The notes beneath the pieces are model-generated. The model saw nothing but the letters and a program-made list of their open reading frames with translations, searched no databases and was not told the origin of the DNA. A stretch of DNA of 64,000 bases, taken from assembly GCA_013239625.1 (NCBI GenBank), contig MU054132.1, forward strand, positions 186,001 through 250,000, written 5' to 3'. Below, piece after piece: positions 27,801 to 41,300 of this stretch; position 1 is the first letter of the stretch; every line of letters begins with the position of its first letter. Made by a program: the position numbers and the translations under genes. The DNA comes from Lama guanicoe. Lineage: Eukaryota.

Positions 27801-29482
27801 AGGCACCAGCACAAGCCCCAACACTTCCATGGAGTTTTGTCTGCCTCGGCCTCTCGTTGCTCCATTCTTGCCCATATCTCTGCCCATTGGCTTGCTGTCT
27901 TACTTTCCATCTCCCCTAATGGGGAGCCACATTTCCAGCCCTTCTCATATGCTGTGTGTACCTTGTTTCAGATCACAGCCTTCTCCAGTCGAGACCTTGG
28001 GAGCAGTGAGGGCTTCCAGAGCCTTGCCCTTTCATTTCTTACAAAGCTGAGGTCCTGGGGAGCTAAGGTCCCGCAGGATGAACTTCCCCACTTAAAAAGT
28101 TACAGCTCTATGAGGCAGGTTTGGGCTTTGCCTCTGTGCTCCACACCCTCAGTGGGTTCCCCAGTCTCAGCAAATAGCATTCTTCACAACTGCCACCCAG
28201 GACAACGATGACTCTGATTTCCTTCCCCAAACCCTACGCAAGATTTGCAGGATTCAGCCTGGAGATGCCAGCACCAGGTACAGCAGCTGAACTTGGGGGG
28301 AGTCATGACAGATTATTTCGGGGCATGATGTGTTTCAGATCAACCCTGTCATAGGCACAGTGATACCATTCCATTCTACTGGGGACATTCAGTGGCTCAA
28401 ACAGATTCCACTGCAGACCACCTCTACCACTTCTTGGAGTCCCAGAGTCTAAGCACTCTCACTCACAAGCTGTACTCTGACATCACCGCCTGCACTCACA
28501 CGTGGTGATGGGAACACCTGTCCTGGCTCGTAACCTCCATCCAAGGTCACAGCCCTCCACTCCCACATCATCACAGGCACAGCAGTCGGCCATGAGGAGC
28601 AGCACACATCCTCAGCACCCGCCAAACGTCACAGATGCCTGATAGCAGCGCAGAGCAGGACAGCACTCATTCATCCACTCACTCATTCAACCAGGCACTG
28701 GTCTGGGAAGAAGGGTCACACAGTGGGGGAAAAGGATAAAGTCCCTAAGTTTGGGGACACACCCCTACTAACAGATGCCATGTCAGCATGTTTTCTGCCA
28801 AGTGGGAGAACAGGCAGCTGGCAGATGACCCGAATCAAAGCTATCACCACAAAATTATATATGATTGATTACAGTGGGCGCCCTAAGACATTCTGTCACA
28901 TGGGGTCCCAAACTTTTTACCGCCAAGGAGTCTATTGAAAACTGGTATTGAATCCTGGCTCCACAAGCACTTTGTTCTCTGGGACTTGGGTTCCTATTGT
29001 GAAATGGGGATACTGGTAAAGCTCACTTCACAGGGTGCTGAGACATAAAGGTGTGTGGATGAGCCTTATGGGGTGAGCAGTCATCCATGTATCTCATTGT
29101 CCTCATCACAAGTCCTGGTTCTCCTAGACTGTGCCTCCCAAACAAGCTTATCCATTCCACAGATGTTAGTTTGTTCCCATTTTTAAAATAAGGCTCTTCC
29201 CTCATGTTCATGGTCACCCCGCAAACAGGAACCACCTTGCCACCGTCTGGGTCCCCAGGCTTGGCACACCATTCAGTCTCATGAGGAAGCACCCATCAGG
29301 AAACAAACAAATGGAGGCCCTTCAGGCATGAAGACAGCTGACACAGGCACCCAGGCAAATGGATCCCTCCTGCCTCTCTCCCATGTTCCCAGAGGCCTAC
29401 CTTCAACATAGAGCCTATTGTCAGCTCTGGCAGAAGAAAATGGAGATGTAAGGCCCTGAAGATCTCCTGACCCACATGCCAT
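12816..29482 (-). CDS. PRSS46: PRSS46 (serine protease 46), 5 coding exons, intact 312-aa ORF
   Basis: Exons 29482-29401, 26642-26465, 26284-26025, 25237-25074, 13070-12816 with phases 1,2,1,0 (939 nt). [10 protein letters not shown]..., [53 protein letters not shown] and [17 protein letters not shown]...LGSLWLL* match recalled mouse Prss46. Confidence 0.92.
13650..21410 (+). mobile_element. Patchwork of old L1M fragments in PRSS46 intron 4
   Basis: A-rich degenerate L1 ORF2 and 3' motifs (e.g. tgtttgcagatgatatg, gaaggaggacttgccttaccac, gatgtggggaaatagg...tactgttggt); includes a short minus-strand L1 3' piece at about 19130-19370. Boundaries approximate. Confidence 0.7.
21413..23700 (+). mobile_element. 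Internally deleted LINE-1 (5' UTR fused to ORF2 tail and 3' UTR)
   Basis: Begins gggatcaagatggcagag (typical L1 5' end), GC-rich 5' UTR to about 22625, then aacttaaaagctttgcacagcaaaggaaac... through aaatcaactatacttcaat and an A-rich tail. Confidence 0.8.
23760..24820 (+). mobile_element. Old L1M ORF2 end / 3' fragment
   Basis: gatccctaatttataccattcacaaaataaac...aaatggattcaagacctaaatgtg and later L1 3' motifs. Confidence 0.7.
24895..25015 (+). mobile_element. MIR SINE fragment
   Basis: cccttattttacagattggggaaacggaagcccaggga resembles the MIR core. Confidence 0.55.
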
Positions 29483-30199
29483 AGCAAGAAGGTACACGGC
29501 TCTCACTGGTCCTCGTAATGGGACTTGGGGGCAGGGTGGGGCAGGGCATCTCCACTGTGTGAGAATTCTAGAACTCATGGTTTGTTTATGCAGGGTAGCA
29601 GCTGGGGCAGCAGCAGGATGCCAAGGAGACAGTGTGGTCATGGCAAGGCCCTACCAGGACCATGAGGTGATGCTGTTGCCAGGCACGTCTCTGGAATGGT
29701 GCTTCTGGTGCCTAGTCCTGAGCCTGTGACAGCACTTGGTGGCTGGCCTGTGACAGCATCTCCTAGACTCAGCCTTGGCCTTGATGATGCCCCTGTATGC
29801 TTAACCCTAAGCCTGTGATAGCACCAGGCATCTGGTTTATGACAGTGCCTGGTGCCTGGCTTGGGAGGCACCCCCAGTGCCCTTTTCACAGACCCCCTGG
29901 AAGTGTGGAAACTGAGGCTCTGAGACGGGGAATGGCTAATTCCTGCTGTGAGTGATTGAGCTGGAACTGGGGTTTTTCCTTTTTCCCACAGGTTCTGCAT
30001 TTTCAAGAGAACAGTTCATGGGTAGGGCGAGGCCAGATATTTTTGGCCTGAGAAGGTGGCTTCCTGGGACGAAGAAGCTTGCAAGCCTGGGTCTTCATCA
30101 ATCAGCACAGTAAATGACATCTTGGGACCCCTCCCCACCACTCCATTGAGGTCCCCACCCCAAGGATCCCATGTTCCTCACACTGTCCATAAGGATAGC

Positions 30200-33100
30200 T
30201 CACTCCTACTCAACCCCGTTGCTAGTGTTGTCAAGGACATGGGGAAATGAGATCATTTACACACTGCTAGGGGAGATGGACCGGGGCCAGCACGGTGGAA
30301 AAGTTTGGTATCATTTAGTAAAGCAGACAACGTGCCTACCCCCAAACCTGCAGTTCTACTCCTGGCTGTGCGCCCTAGAAACCTCATCACGTATGCAGCA
30401 GGAAAGAACATGTGAGCCTGCTGACAGCAGCACTGTTGGGTACAGCCCAAACTGGAAACCACCCAACTGCCATCAAAGGTGGGATGGAGACACAGAATAA
30501 TCAAGAGCAATGAGGATGGACGCAGCCACATGGTGAATCTCATAAACATATTGTTGAGTGAAAGAAGTCAGACACCAAGAGGTACATACTGCATAAAATT
30601 CAACACAGGCAAAACATTATTTTTAGGGATACATGGTAGAAAATCAAGAAAATGTTTAGCCCTTCAATCTGATTTCCTTTGGAGAAAGAAGGAGAAAGTG
30701 GGAGGGAAAGAGAGAAGAAGGAAAATCCAGAGAAGCAAAACCCTCTCTACTCTTCTGCCTTTCTGAAAAGTACTGCTTTGGGCAGCAGCAGGGGACAATC
30801 AACCAATGAACAAAACAAGATAACTGAATAAAGACCAAGCATATCCATTATCACCACCAATGTGAACACAAAAAAAACTCTACTTTTACAAGTCAAAGAT
30901 TCTTATATTGAATAGAAAAAAAAATCCACTCAGATGCTACTAGAGACCTACCTAAAACAAAGTGACACAAAGCAGCTGAAAGAAAAGATGGGCAAAAATA
31001 TATTAAGCATATTCAAGCAAAAATAGAACTGACAATTTTAATCTCTAAAGATGTAATTCAGGACAAAAGCTTTAAACAGAAAAAGAAAGTTACCTTTTGT
31101 TGAAAAAAAGATAAAAATTACAACAACCGTGTAACATAATAAAGTTCTGTTCATCAATAACATAGCATCAAACACGTGGTAACACGAGAAATTGAAAACC
31201 CTTACTGGCGGTGGGAAAGTCTTCTCCAACTCTATTTTTGAGGAATGAAACATCTATAAAAATCATCTGGGGGACGGGGGGTGGGAAGGGACAGACTGGG
31301 ATTTCAAAATGTAGAACAGATAAACAAGATTGTACTGTGTAGCACAGGGAAATATATACAGGATCTTGTGGTGGATCACAGCGAAAGAGAATGTGACAAT
31401 GAATGTATGTATGTTCATGTATAACTGAAAATTGTGCTTTACACTGGAATTTGACACAACATTGTAAAATGACTATAACTCAATTTAAAAAGAAATCACA
31501 AAAAAAAGCTAAAGCTCTAAATGTTCTTCGAAACAATGAACATACATATATATAAATTTTTAAAATATGTGCAGTATATTGTGTATATGTATTTACATGC
31601 AGTATATTATATATGTGCAGTCAAATTTTAACAATTCTACCTAATAAAACTGAAAAATGAAAAAAAAAATCAACTGCATACTAGACTACTAAGAAAATCA
31701 CAATAACTTCCCTAAAAGTTGAACTAATCTGGGCCACATTTTTTACCATGATGCAATGAAACAGGGCTTTAATAACAATGAGCAAGCAAAATAAACCAAA
31801 TGACTTGAACATTTTAAAAATAAACTTGGTTAACTTATTTCAAGAAAATAAAAACATTCTATAAACTATTTAGGAAATAGTAATAATGAAAGCAATGCAT
31901 TTTTAAAAACTTATTGGGTGTGTTCAAGGCAAATCCATGAACCTTAAAGGTATTTATTACTGAATAACAAAGAATGAAAATAAATGAATTAAATGCTCAA
32001 AGTAAGAAACTATAAAGGCACAAAATAAACCCGAGGAAAATCTGTAGGAAACATGAACAAAAATATAAAATTATATCCTGAACAATTAGGACAGCAGAGC
32101 TAGGAATGAACTCTATGATCTGGATCTTTGAAAAAACAAATGATATTAAATGGGACAACAGCCGTATTTTACACCGATAGGGTATAACCCACCAAGATGG
32201 CACAGTAGGCAAGAACCTTGTACTCCTAACAACAAAGCTTTCAAACATTAAGCAAGAATTGTTAGAACTGCAGAAATAAATAGACAAAGTCTTAATTCTC
32301 ATGGTAAACCTCTCAGGAATTAATGGCATATATAGGCACAGAATATTTGAAGTATTGAGAGGATTTGAATAACACAATCAACACAGCTTGATCCAATCAG
32401 TTATAGCTAGAACTCTTATTTCAGAATACACACTTTCATTTCAAATGCACATAAAATATTCACTAAAACTGACCAAGTACTAGGCACAAAGAAAAACTCA
32501 GTAATTCTAAAATGCAGAAGTAATTAAATCCATATTGTGATACAATTTTTAATAGAGAAGAAGGAGAAGCCCCTCCTGTTAGAAGAGGCTAGGATAGCAG
32601 TGACATAGAACTTGAACAAAAAGGAAAACTGTAGGCCAATTCAACATTGGGACAAAAATTCTAAAAAAATGCTAGCAACTGAGTTTACAGTGTATTACAG
32701 GATTTACCTAAGAAATCTATGGAGATCTAGTCAACAAATTAAATAAGAATAACCATATAATCATCTTAACAGTTCACTACTGTGTCACCAGGGCCCAGGA
32801 ACAGTGCCTGGCACAGAGGAGATTCCCAATAAATATCTGTGGAATGGATGAAAGAATGAAGGCAGAGTCGACACACATGCTCCCACATTATCACTACTAT
32901 CTCCTATTATGCTGGGGTCTCCGGCAATGAGATAACAAAACAAATAAACGGTGTTACTTTCAAAAAGGACAAGAGGTAGCTGTCACCATTTGAGATGATT
33001 TGATTACCAAAAAACAAGCCAAGAGAATCAACTGAAAAACTATTAACTTAATAAGACAGTTTTGCAAGATAATCAGGAAACAAGATCACTATTATTAAAA

Positions 33101-34600
33101 AATCTATCAACAGCTTTAAAATACCTACAGGTACAATTAGAAAAAGTGTAATGGGAAAAAACATTATCCAAAACAAAGATAACCAAAATTTGTAAAACAC
33201 TTAGAAATAAACTCAGTAGTTTTCCAGACATCCATGAATAGAAAAGCTGAATGAATGGAGACATATACCATATTCCTGGTTAGGAACTCAACATGGTAAA
33301 AATGACAGCTCTCCGCAAACTAGACTGTGTATTTAATTTCAATTAAAATACCAATCATATTTTTAATGAAAACTGACAAACTGATTCTAAAGTCTACATG
33401 GAAGACAAACTTTGCAGATTGGGCTTTTTTTTTTCAAGAAGAGGAGAGATTTTGCTATCATTTAACAAAACATAACACAAAGCTGACTGAAACAGGGACA
33501 GACACAAAGGTCAATGGGGAAATAACTGAGGTTTCAAAAACATATCCATGAATATACCGGGATTTTGTTATTACAAATGTGGACATTCAAATCAGCATGA
33601 AAAGGATGGACTCTACAAGAAATACTGTCAACCAAGTTGGTTCTCCAGCTAGAAGTAGAGTTAGATCCCCACCTCACACTATACATAAATAGAAATTTCA
33701 AATGGGTTATAGTTACACATAAAAAATAAATTAATCAAAATATTAAAAGAAAAATGTGAAGATAGCTTTATGATCTGGACATGGAGAAGGCCATGTCAAG
33801 CAAGTCACAAAATGCATTAAAAAAAGTAAAGACTGACTGATTTCATTCAATAATAATTTTAAAAAGTCCTTAGGGGAAAATTCCCATCAATTCCACATAT
33901 TTCTAAAAGAAAAGTGACAACAACTGGAGAACATATTTGTAAAACAACTGACAAAAACTTAATATTCAAAAAAGATAAAGACCTTCATGAGAAAAAGATA
34001 AGCAACCTAATTTTTAAAGTAGGCAAAGTTTATGAACAGAGGATTTACTAGAGAAAAAGTACACCTTTTTTTCAGTAAACACACAAAAACACATTTTTCC
34101 AATCAAGAAAATGCAAATTAAAACAGCAATGATATAGCTTTCCACCACTGAATGGGCAAAATTTTTGAAGATTAGTAATATCCATTTCAAGCTTAAAAAG
34201 GAGAAATTCCTTCTCATATGCTATAGGTGTGAATGTAAACTTGCTCAGCTTTGGGGAGGGGTAAATTGGATAGTATTCATCCAAAATTATTAAATGTGTG
34301 TTTTCTTTGATGATCTTCCCCGAGCCCACTCCTAGAAAGACAGCTGCAGAAATGCTTCGGAATGTGTCCTCCCGCCCAGCATGCAAGGATACGTTCACGG
34401 AAGCACTGCGGCAATGCTGACAAGTCAGAAACAGCCTCAAAACTGGTGCTACTTAAATAACATACATTACATACATGCAGTAATGCAAAATTATGAAGAG
34501 CTCTAGGTACTACCATAGAAAGGTTTTCAAGGCACATACGTTTTTAAATGTAGATTATTAATAATACATATATAAGATCCCATTTACTTAAAAACATCAA
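30200..34600 (+). mobile_element. L1 fragment field between PRSS46 and PRSS45
   Basis: Degenerate L1 ORF2 and 3' UTR motifs throughout; boundaries approximate. Confidence 0.7.
31266..31492 (+). mobile_element. Young, heavily 5'-truncated camelid L1 3' end (L1-1_Vpa-like)
   Basis: gggtgggaagggacagactgggatttcaaaatgtaga...gactataactcaat is nearly identical to the 3' end at about 40360-40568; flanked by aaatca repeats (possible TSD). Confidence 0.8.
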
Positions 34601-35113
34601 AGATGAATTATTTAAGGATGCTAACAATGATTACTTCTGGGAAGGGGGGCAGTATGAATGGTGGGGGTGAATGAGCAAGAGGGAGTTTTAACATGTATCT
34701 GAATTTTTTTAAGTAAATCATGACAAAAATGTATTCAGATATTTGTAATTGTTTTTAATTTTTAAAAATTTAGAAAGTCAACATGCAATACTTTTGTAAT
34801 CAGTTTTAAATGCCATTTAAAGAAAAAAGGAAGCTGATTTTGGAGCACTCTGTGTGGGTCCTTCCTACTGTCACCTACGGGGTGTGTCTCAACTGCTCCC
34901 CACAGCACACCCACTTTACAGTTGAGGGAACCGAGGCCTCAGGCCCAGGCCCTTTCCCTATGCCCCAGCCCAAGTACTACAGCAAAAACTATCAGCCCCT
35001 ACCCTGATGAGTCTCCTGGCAGAATTAATTTCAGGATGCCTGGCCCTCCCACTGACCCCCAGCCCACAGGGCCACCCAGAAAAGAGAATAGAGCCAGCAT
35101 ATATTTGCACACA

Positions 35114-35119
35114 TTTAAT
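35114..35119 (-). terminator. Probable PRSS45 poly(A) signal ATTAAA
   Basis: tttaat on the + strand, about 255 nt past the stop codon. Confidence 0.55.
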
Positions 35120-35373
35120 CCCTACTGTTCTGGCCCCAATTCCAGAGCGCTTCTAGGCCACACTTCCCTTCTCCTGGTCACCCAAGGCCTAGTCATCCAC
35201 CATATCCCTCCTCACTAGGAGGCTAAAGCAAGACCCAGTCTCCCAGGGGCCACTCTTTCCCAACTTTGACTCTTGTTGAAAACAGAATCATGACCTTGGT
35301 CTAACCTTGATCTGGCCAGAGATCAAGGTTGATCCAGCAGAGGCAAAGCATGGAGAAGAAGGGAGTGGGGAGA

Positions 35374-38300
35374 TCAGGGGTCCATTAGGGGCTGCAGCAG
35401 CCAAGACAGGAGTAGGAGCCAGGGAGAGGTGCAGGGTCCAGAGAGAACCCCGTTGCTTATTTGCTTCTTGATCCACTTGCTGTATTTGGTGACACGGGTG
35501 TACACATCTGGATTACGTACTTTGGCGCAGGCCTTTTCCCAGGACAACACCCCAGCCAGAATCCATCTGCCCTCGACTTCGCAAGCCAGTGGACCCCCAG
35601 AATCCCCCTATGCAGAGAGAGAGGACTGATGGAGGCTGTGGCCTAGCTAGGACCGAGGGAATTGGGGGACCCAGAATGCCCACCCTCTGAGTTCTGCTTG
35701 GAAGCTTTTTTCATTTCTTAAGGATCTCACTACCTGGAGTCTTCCTTCACTCCTCAGTTGAGGACCCCATCCCAGAATATCAAGCAAAATCAAAGTCACT
35801 GGGAAGGGAAATGGGAGCACTGCCTGGTAATGATGACAAAGAGGAGGCCCAGCAAACCCCTCCCCAGGGAACTGGCCCCCCACTGGGAGTCATCCCAACC
35901 AAAGCAGAGCTGCCAGAACCTCCCAGAAACTCACATAGCACATGTTTTCTCCATAATTGGTGGCACAGATCATGTCCCCTAGCACAAGGGGGACAATTCG
36001 GGGGACGAGGGAATTCTTGCGGTAAATCCGATCACATCTCTTGTTGTCCATGATAAACACCTCAGCCTCTCGCAGCTCTGGCATCAGCGTGGAGTTGGCT
36101 GTGGAGGAGCCCAGTGGGGTGAGAACTGACTCCTCACTCCACTCAGCCCTGCCTCTTCCCACGGTCTTGTTCCCTCCATCCTTGAGACTCAGCTACACCC
36201 TTTCACGTCTCCATGCCCTCCTTCACTTGGCCCTTACCCCTGCAGTGTGGACCACGTCCGGTAAGCACCTCACCCTCAGAGGCTCCGTTTCAGGATCCCT
36301 TTCTCTGGGAAACTTTTGCTTCTGAACCAAGCAGGCTACAACTCAAGTTTCAAAGCAACCACTTAGAAATTGAGACCCCCAACCACATGCTGCTTCTCTC
36401 CAGCCTCTGAGCTTTGCACCAGCTGTGACCTCTGCCACCCCATCTGACACCCACTCCTCCTTCAGGCATCTCAGGCAGACTCTTTGCCCAGAGCTCATCC
36501 CGGATCCTTCAGACGTGTTCTCAAGTTCGCCTGACAGTTTTTGCCTCCTTCCTTGTCAGCCTACGTCCCCACCCACACTCAGTTACAAGTTCCCTGCAGG
36601 CAGGGCATGCATTCACAGTGCCAAGGGTTTGGCGTGTGGCAGATGCTTGAACATCAAAAGTTTGTCGGGTGAACAAATAAGTGAGTGAGGAATTTATGAA
36701 TCCCTGACTCTGAGTTTTTGTAAGAGGCAAATGATCATGCCCAGCCCAGGCTTTGCTGGGCCTGAATGAAGTGCCCACAGCAAACACAATGGTGTAAACC
36801 ATAACAATGCTTCGCATATGAGGAGCAAACCCAATACATCCAAAGAACCAAGGGCCAGCAGTAACAGCCACAGCTTCCTGAGAGGCACCATTCGGGGATT
36901 CAGCAGCAAGGTCCCAGAAGGAAAGGAGTGCACCCTCTAAGGTACCAAATCTCACCCCTACCCCGCCCTGCTCACCTGAGAAGCGCCGTTTAACCTGGCC
37001 CCAGCCAGTCACCCAGCACTGTGTTCCAACCTTCAAGTTGTAGCTGGGTTCCGGGAGGCAGATGGGCTGCACGTACTTGCTGAAGATGGCAGGAGTGTGA
37101 AGCTGGAGAAGGGCAACATCGCCCATGATGAAGGTCCGGCCCCAGTACTTGGGGTGCAAAATGATGTCCTTCACGGGGATTGAGAGGGCCTTCATGGCGT
37201 CCTTGGGCTTCAGCTTGGAGGTGCCGAGAATCACTGAGTACTCTTTGGTGCTACAGGAGACACAGAGCCCCACCTGGTAGACATAAGGTTCCCAAGCAAA
37301 CCCTAGGCTCCTACCTCAGACAAGGACCCTCCCCTTAGCAGAAGTCCTGCCTGATTTGCCCTGCTCATGTCATCTTGCTCATCCAGTCTGGGGGCCCCTG
37401 GGGTCAGAGATATAGCTGCCTCCTCATTCATCAGCTAAACTGATTCAAGCAGCTTGGTCTATGTGTTGTGTATTTGGGCATGCAGCTGTTAGTATGCATG
37501 TGTGTTCTCATGTGTGTGAGGGGTGGAGTGTATGCTGGGTTCTCCTGTTGCCCTGGTTAGGATAGTCTTTGTTGCTTGGGGGTCCTGCCCCAGCTCAGTC
37601 ATAAGCATGATTCTTCCCTGTCCTGGACATCCCTTCCCACCCTCTCCACTGCCCCTACTCCCACCTTGTTTCACAGAGGAAACCTGGAGGCTAGGCTGAG
37701 CCCACTGCAGCCCTGGGTCTCCACAGGCCACACTCACCTTTGGATGCAGTGGGCGGCAGTCACCACCCAGCTGAGGTCGATGAGAGCCCCTCCACACACG
37801 TGCTCATCTTCTACTCGGAGGCTTACTTCCCAGGGCCAATGGCGGGTCACGTCCGAATTCTCCGACCACCAGGGTTTGCCACAAGCTTCAGGAACAAGCA
37901 TGCCAGGAAGATACAGTGGCCACACAGAGAAGGGTAAGAATGACAGAGACCAAGATACCTCCAGGGCAATTTGCACAAGGCTGTAACCCGGGGGCTTGTT
38001 CCCACTTCAAAGAAGGGGAGACTGAGGGTGAGAAAAGACCAGTGGCCTGCCCAAAGGCACTGAGCGGGACAGAAAATGACAATGACAGAAATAAAAAGCA
38101 TCAAGACAAAGATAAAGAGACATGACAGGAGGAGGAGAGAGATACTGAGACACAGAGGAAGCAAGCAGCACAGAACCTCACAACAAGGGAGAAGCACAGA
38201 AGGAGCCCCACGACAGGAAATGTATTTCCTTGTGTCCGGTAAGTCCCTAGGCCATGGTGCTGCAAGGATATAATGCTTGCTACATCTCTTGAGATACAAA

Positions 38301-41300
38301 AGGGCTCTGTCCCCACACTACTCAGAGTTAAGAAAAGCTCCAAACTTATGTGTCAGAAGTCTTTTCATAGGCCATTCAGAAAACAAAACAAAACAAACAG
38401 AAAAACCCCTAGCATGGAGCCCACAGAGAGAGGTTCCCCCTCCTCTCACAGCTTACACACTATTAGTTTGCAAGTAGCTCCAACAATCAAGTTGGACAAT
38501 TGTATGAATGTGAACATAGATGCAGAAATTGTAAATAAAATATTAGCCAACAGTATATTTTTTAAAAATAATGCACCATGATCATGTAGAGATTGTCCCA
38601 GGGGTGCAAGGGAGGTCCCACAATGGAAGCACTCTTAGTATATTCACCATATAAATAGGGTTTTTTTTTCCCTAAGGAGAGAAAGATCGCCTGCTTTTCT
38701 CAATAGACACACACACAAAAAAAGGCATTTGAAAAATTCAACACATATTTATGACTAAAACAACAACAAAAACAAAAACTTAGCAAACGAGCAACAGAAA
38801 GAAAATCCTTATTTATAAAAGTTATATATCATAAACCTTCAGCAAACATCACATAACACTAAGGAACAGACTCCAAAAATTACACTGACAGAAGCCAGGA
38901 ATAATGGTACTTCGTAGGAGGAGGACAAAGGAAGTAACTGGGAGGGCGGAAGGGAGTTTCTGGATGCCAGTACTGCTCTACTTTCTGACCTGGGTGGAGA
39001 CTGCACAGGTGCCTTCATTGTGTGGTAATTTCTTGAGCTCGACAAATAATGTGTTCACTTTTGTGTGTATATATAATACTTCAACAACTCACTTTTAAAA
39101 TCAGTAACATTTCTCTGCCTCCCACCAATCTGAATACAACACAACTATATTCAAAATAAGACATTTCTGATAGCTAAAAATTAAAAAGTACAAAGGAATT
39201 AACATATACAACAGTATGCAAGATTTCTGCAGTACTGCACTTTAAACTGTAATTAAGGACACTGAAAATAATCAGCATAAATGGAGAAAGATTCTTTACT
39301 TTTAAATAGAATATTTCAGAAGTAATTTTTTCCAAAATTAATCTATAAACTCACTTTCCCAGTTAGAATTTTTAAGAAATTTGATAAACTTACTCTAAAA
39401 GCAAAATAGAAAAACAAAGTTCCATGAATACTTCAGTCTTTGAAAAAGTAGAGCAAAGAAGGGACACTTATCCTAACAGATATTAAGATACATACAATGG
39501 CCATACTATCCAAAGCAATCTACAGATTTAATGTGATCCCTATCAAATTACCCAGGACATTTTTCACAGAACTAGAACAAATAATCCTAAAATTTACATG
39601 GAATCACAAAAGTCCCAGAATTGTCAAAGCAATGCTAAAGAAAAAGAATGAAGTTGGAGGAATAACTCTTCCAGATTTCAGACAATACTACAGATCCACA
39701 GTAATCAAAACAGCATGGAATTGGTATAAAAACAGACATATAGATCAATGGAACAGAACAGAGAGCCAAGAAATAAACCCACAATTAATCTTTGACAAAA
39801 GAGGCAAAAACATACAATGGAGTAAAGACAGTCTCTTCAGCAAATGGGGTTGGGCAACTGGACAGCTGCATGGAAATCCATGAAGTTAGAACACTCCCTC
39901 ACACCATACACAAAAATAAATTCAAAATGTCTTAAAGACTTAAACATAGGACAAGACACTATAAACCTCTTAGAAGAAAACACAGGCAAAACACTATCCG
40001 ACATAAATCTCAGCAATGTTCTCCTAAGGCAATCTACCCAAGCAATAGAAATAAAGGCAAAAATAAACAAATGGAATAGCCAAGACATGGAAACAGCCTA
40101 AATGTCCATCAACAGATGACTGGATAAAGAAGATGTGGTATATTTACATAATGGAATACTAGTCAGCCATAAAAACCAACAACATAATGCCATTTGCAGC
40201 AACATGGATGTTTCTGGAGAATGTCATTCTAAGTGAAATAAGCCAGAAAGAGAAAGAAAAATACCATATGAGATCAGTTATGTGGAAAAAAAAAAATAAA
40301 TACAAAACAGAAACAGACTCAAAGACATAGAATACAAACTTGTGGTTGCCAGAGGGACAGGGGTTGGGAAGGGACAGACTGCAATTTCAAAATGTAGAAT
40401 AGATAAACAAGATTGTACTGTGTAGCACAGGGAAATATATACAGGATCTTATGGTAGCTCACAGCGAAAGAGAATGTGACAATGAATGTATGTATGTTCA
40501 TGTATAACTGAAAAATTGTGCTCTACACTGGAATTTGACACAACATTGTAAAATGACTATAACTCAATAAAAAAAGTTAAAAAAATAAAAAATAAACAAA
40601 TAGGATCTAATTAAACTTATAACCTTTTTCACAGCAAAGGAAACCATAAGCAAAACAAAAAGACAACCTGTGGAATGGGAGAAAATATTTGCAAAACATG
40701 AGACTGACAAGGGCTTAATTTCCAGAATATATAAACAGCTCATACAACTTAATAATAAAAAAAAAGCACTCCAATCCAAAAATGGGCAGAAGACTTAAAC
40801 AAGTAATTTTCCAATAAGACATACTAATGGCCAATAGGCACATGAAAAAATGTTCAGTACCACGTTTATTATCAGAGAAATGCAAATCAAAATTACAATG
40901 AGTTTATCACCTCACACCAGTCAGAATGGCCATCATTCAAAAGTGCACAAATGATAAATGCTGGAGAGGGTGTGGAGAAAAGGGAACCCTCCTACACTGC
41001 TGGTGGGAATGTAGTTTTGGTGCAGTCATTATGGAAAATAGTATGGAGATTCCTCAAAAGACTAAAAATAGACTTATTATTTGATCCGGCAATCCCACTA
41101 CTGGGCATATATTCAAAGGAAACCTTAATTCAAAAAGATACATGCACCCCAATGTTCATAGCAGCACTATACACAATAGCCAAGACATGGAAACCACCTA
41201 AATATCTATCGACAAATGACTGGATAAAGAAGTTGTGGTATATTTATACAAAGGAATACAACTCAGCCATAAAAAAGAATAAAATAATGCCATTTGCAGC

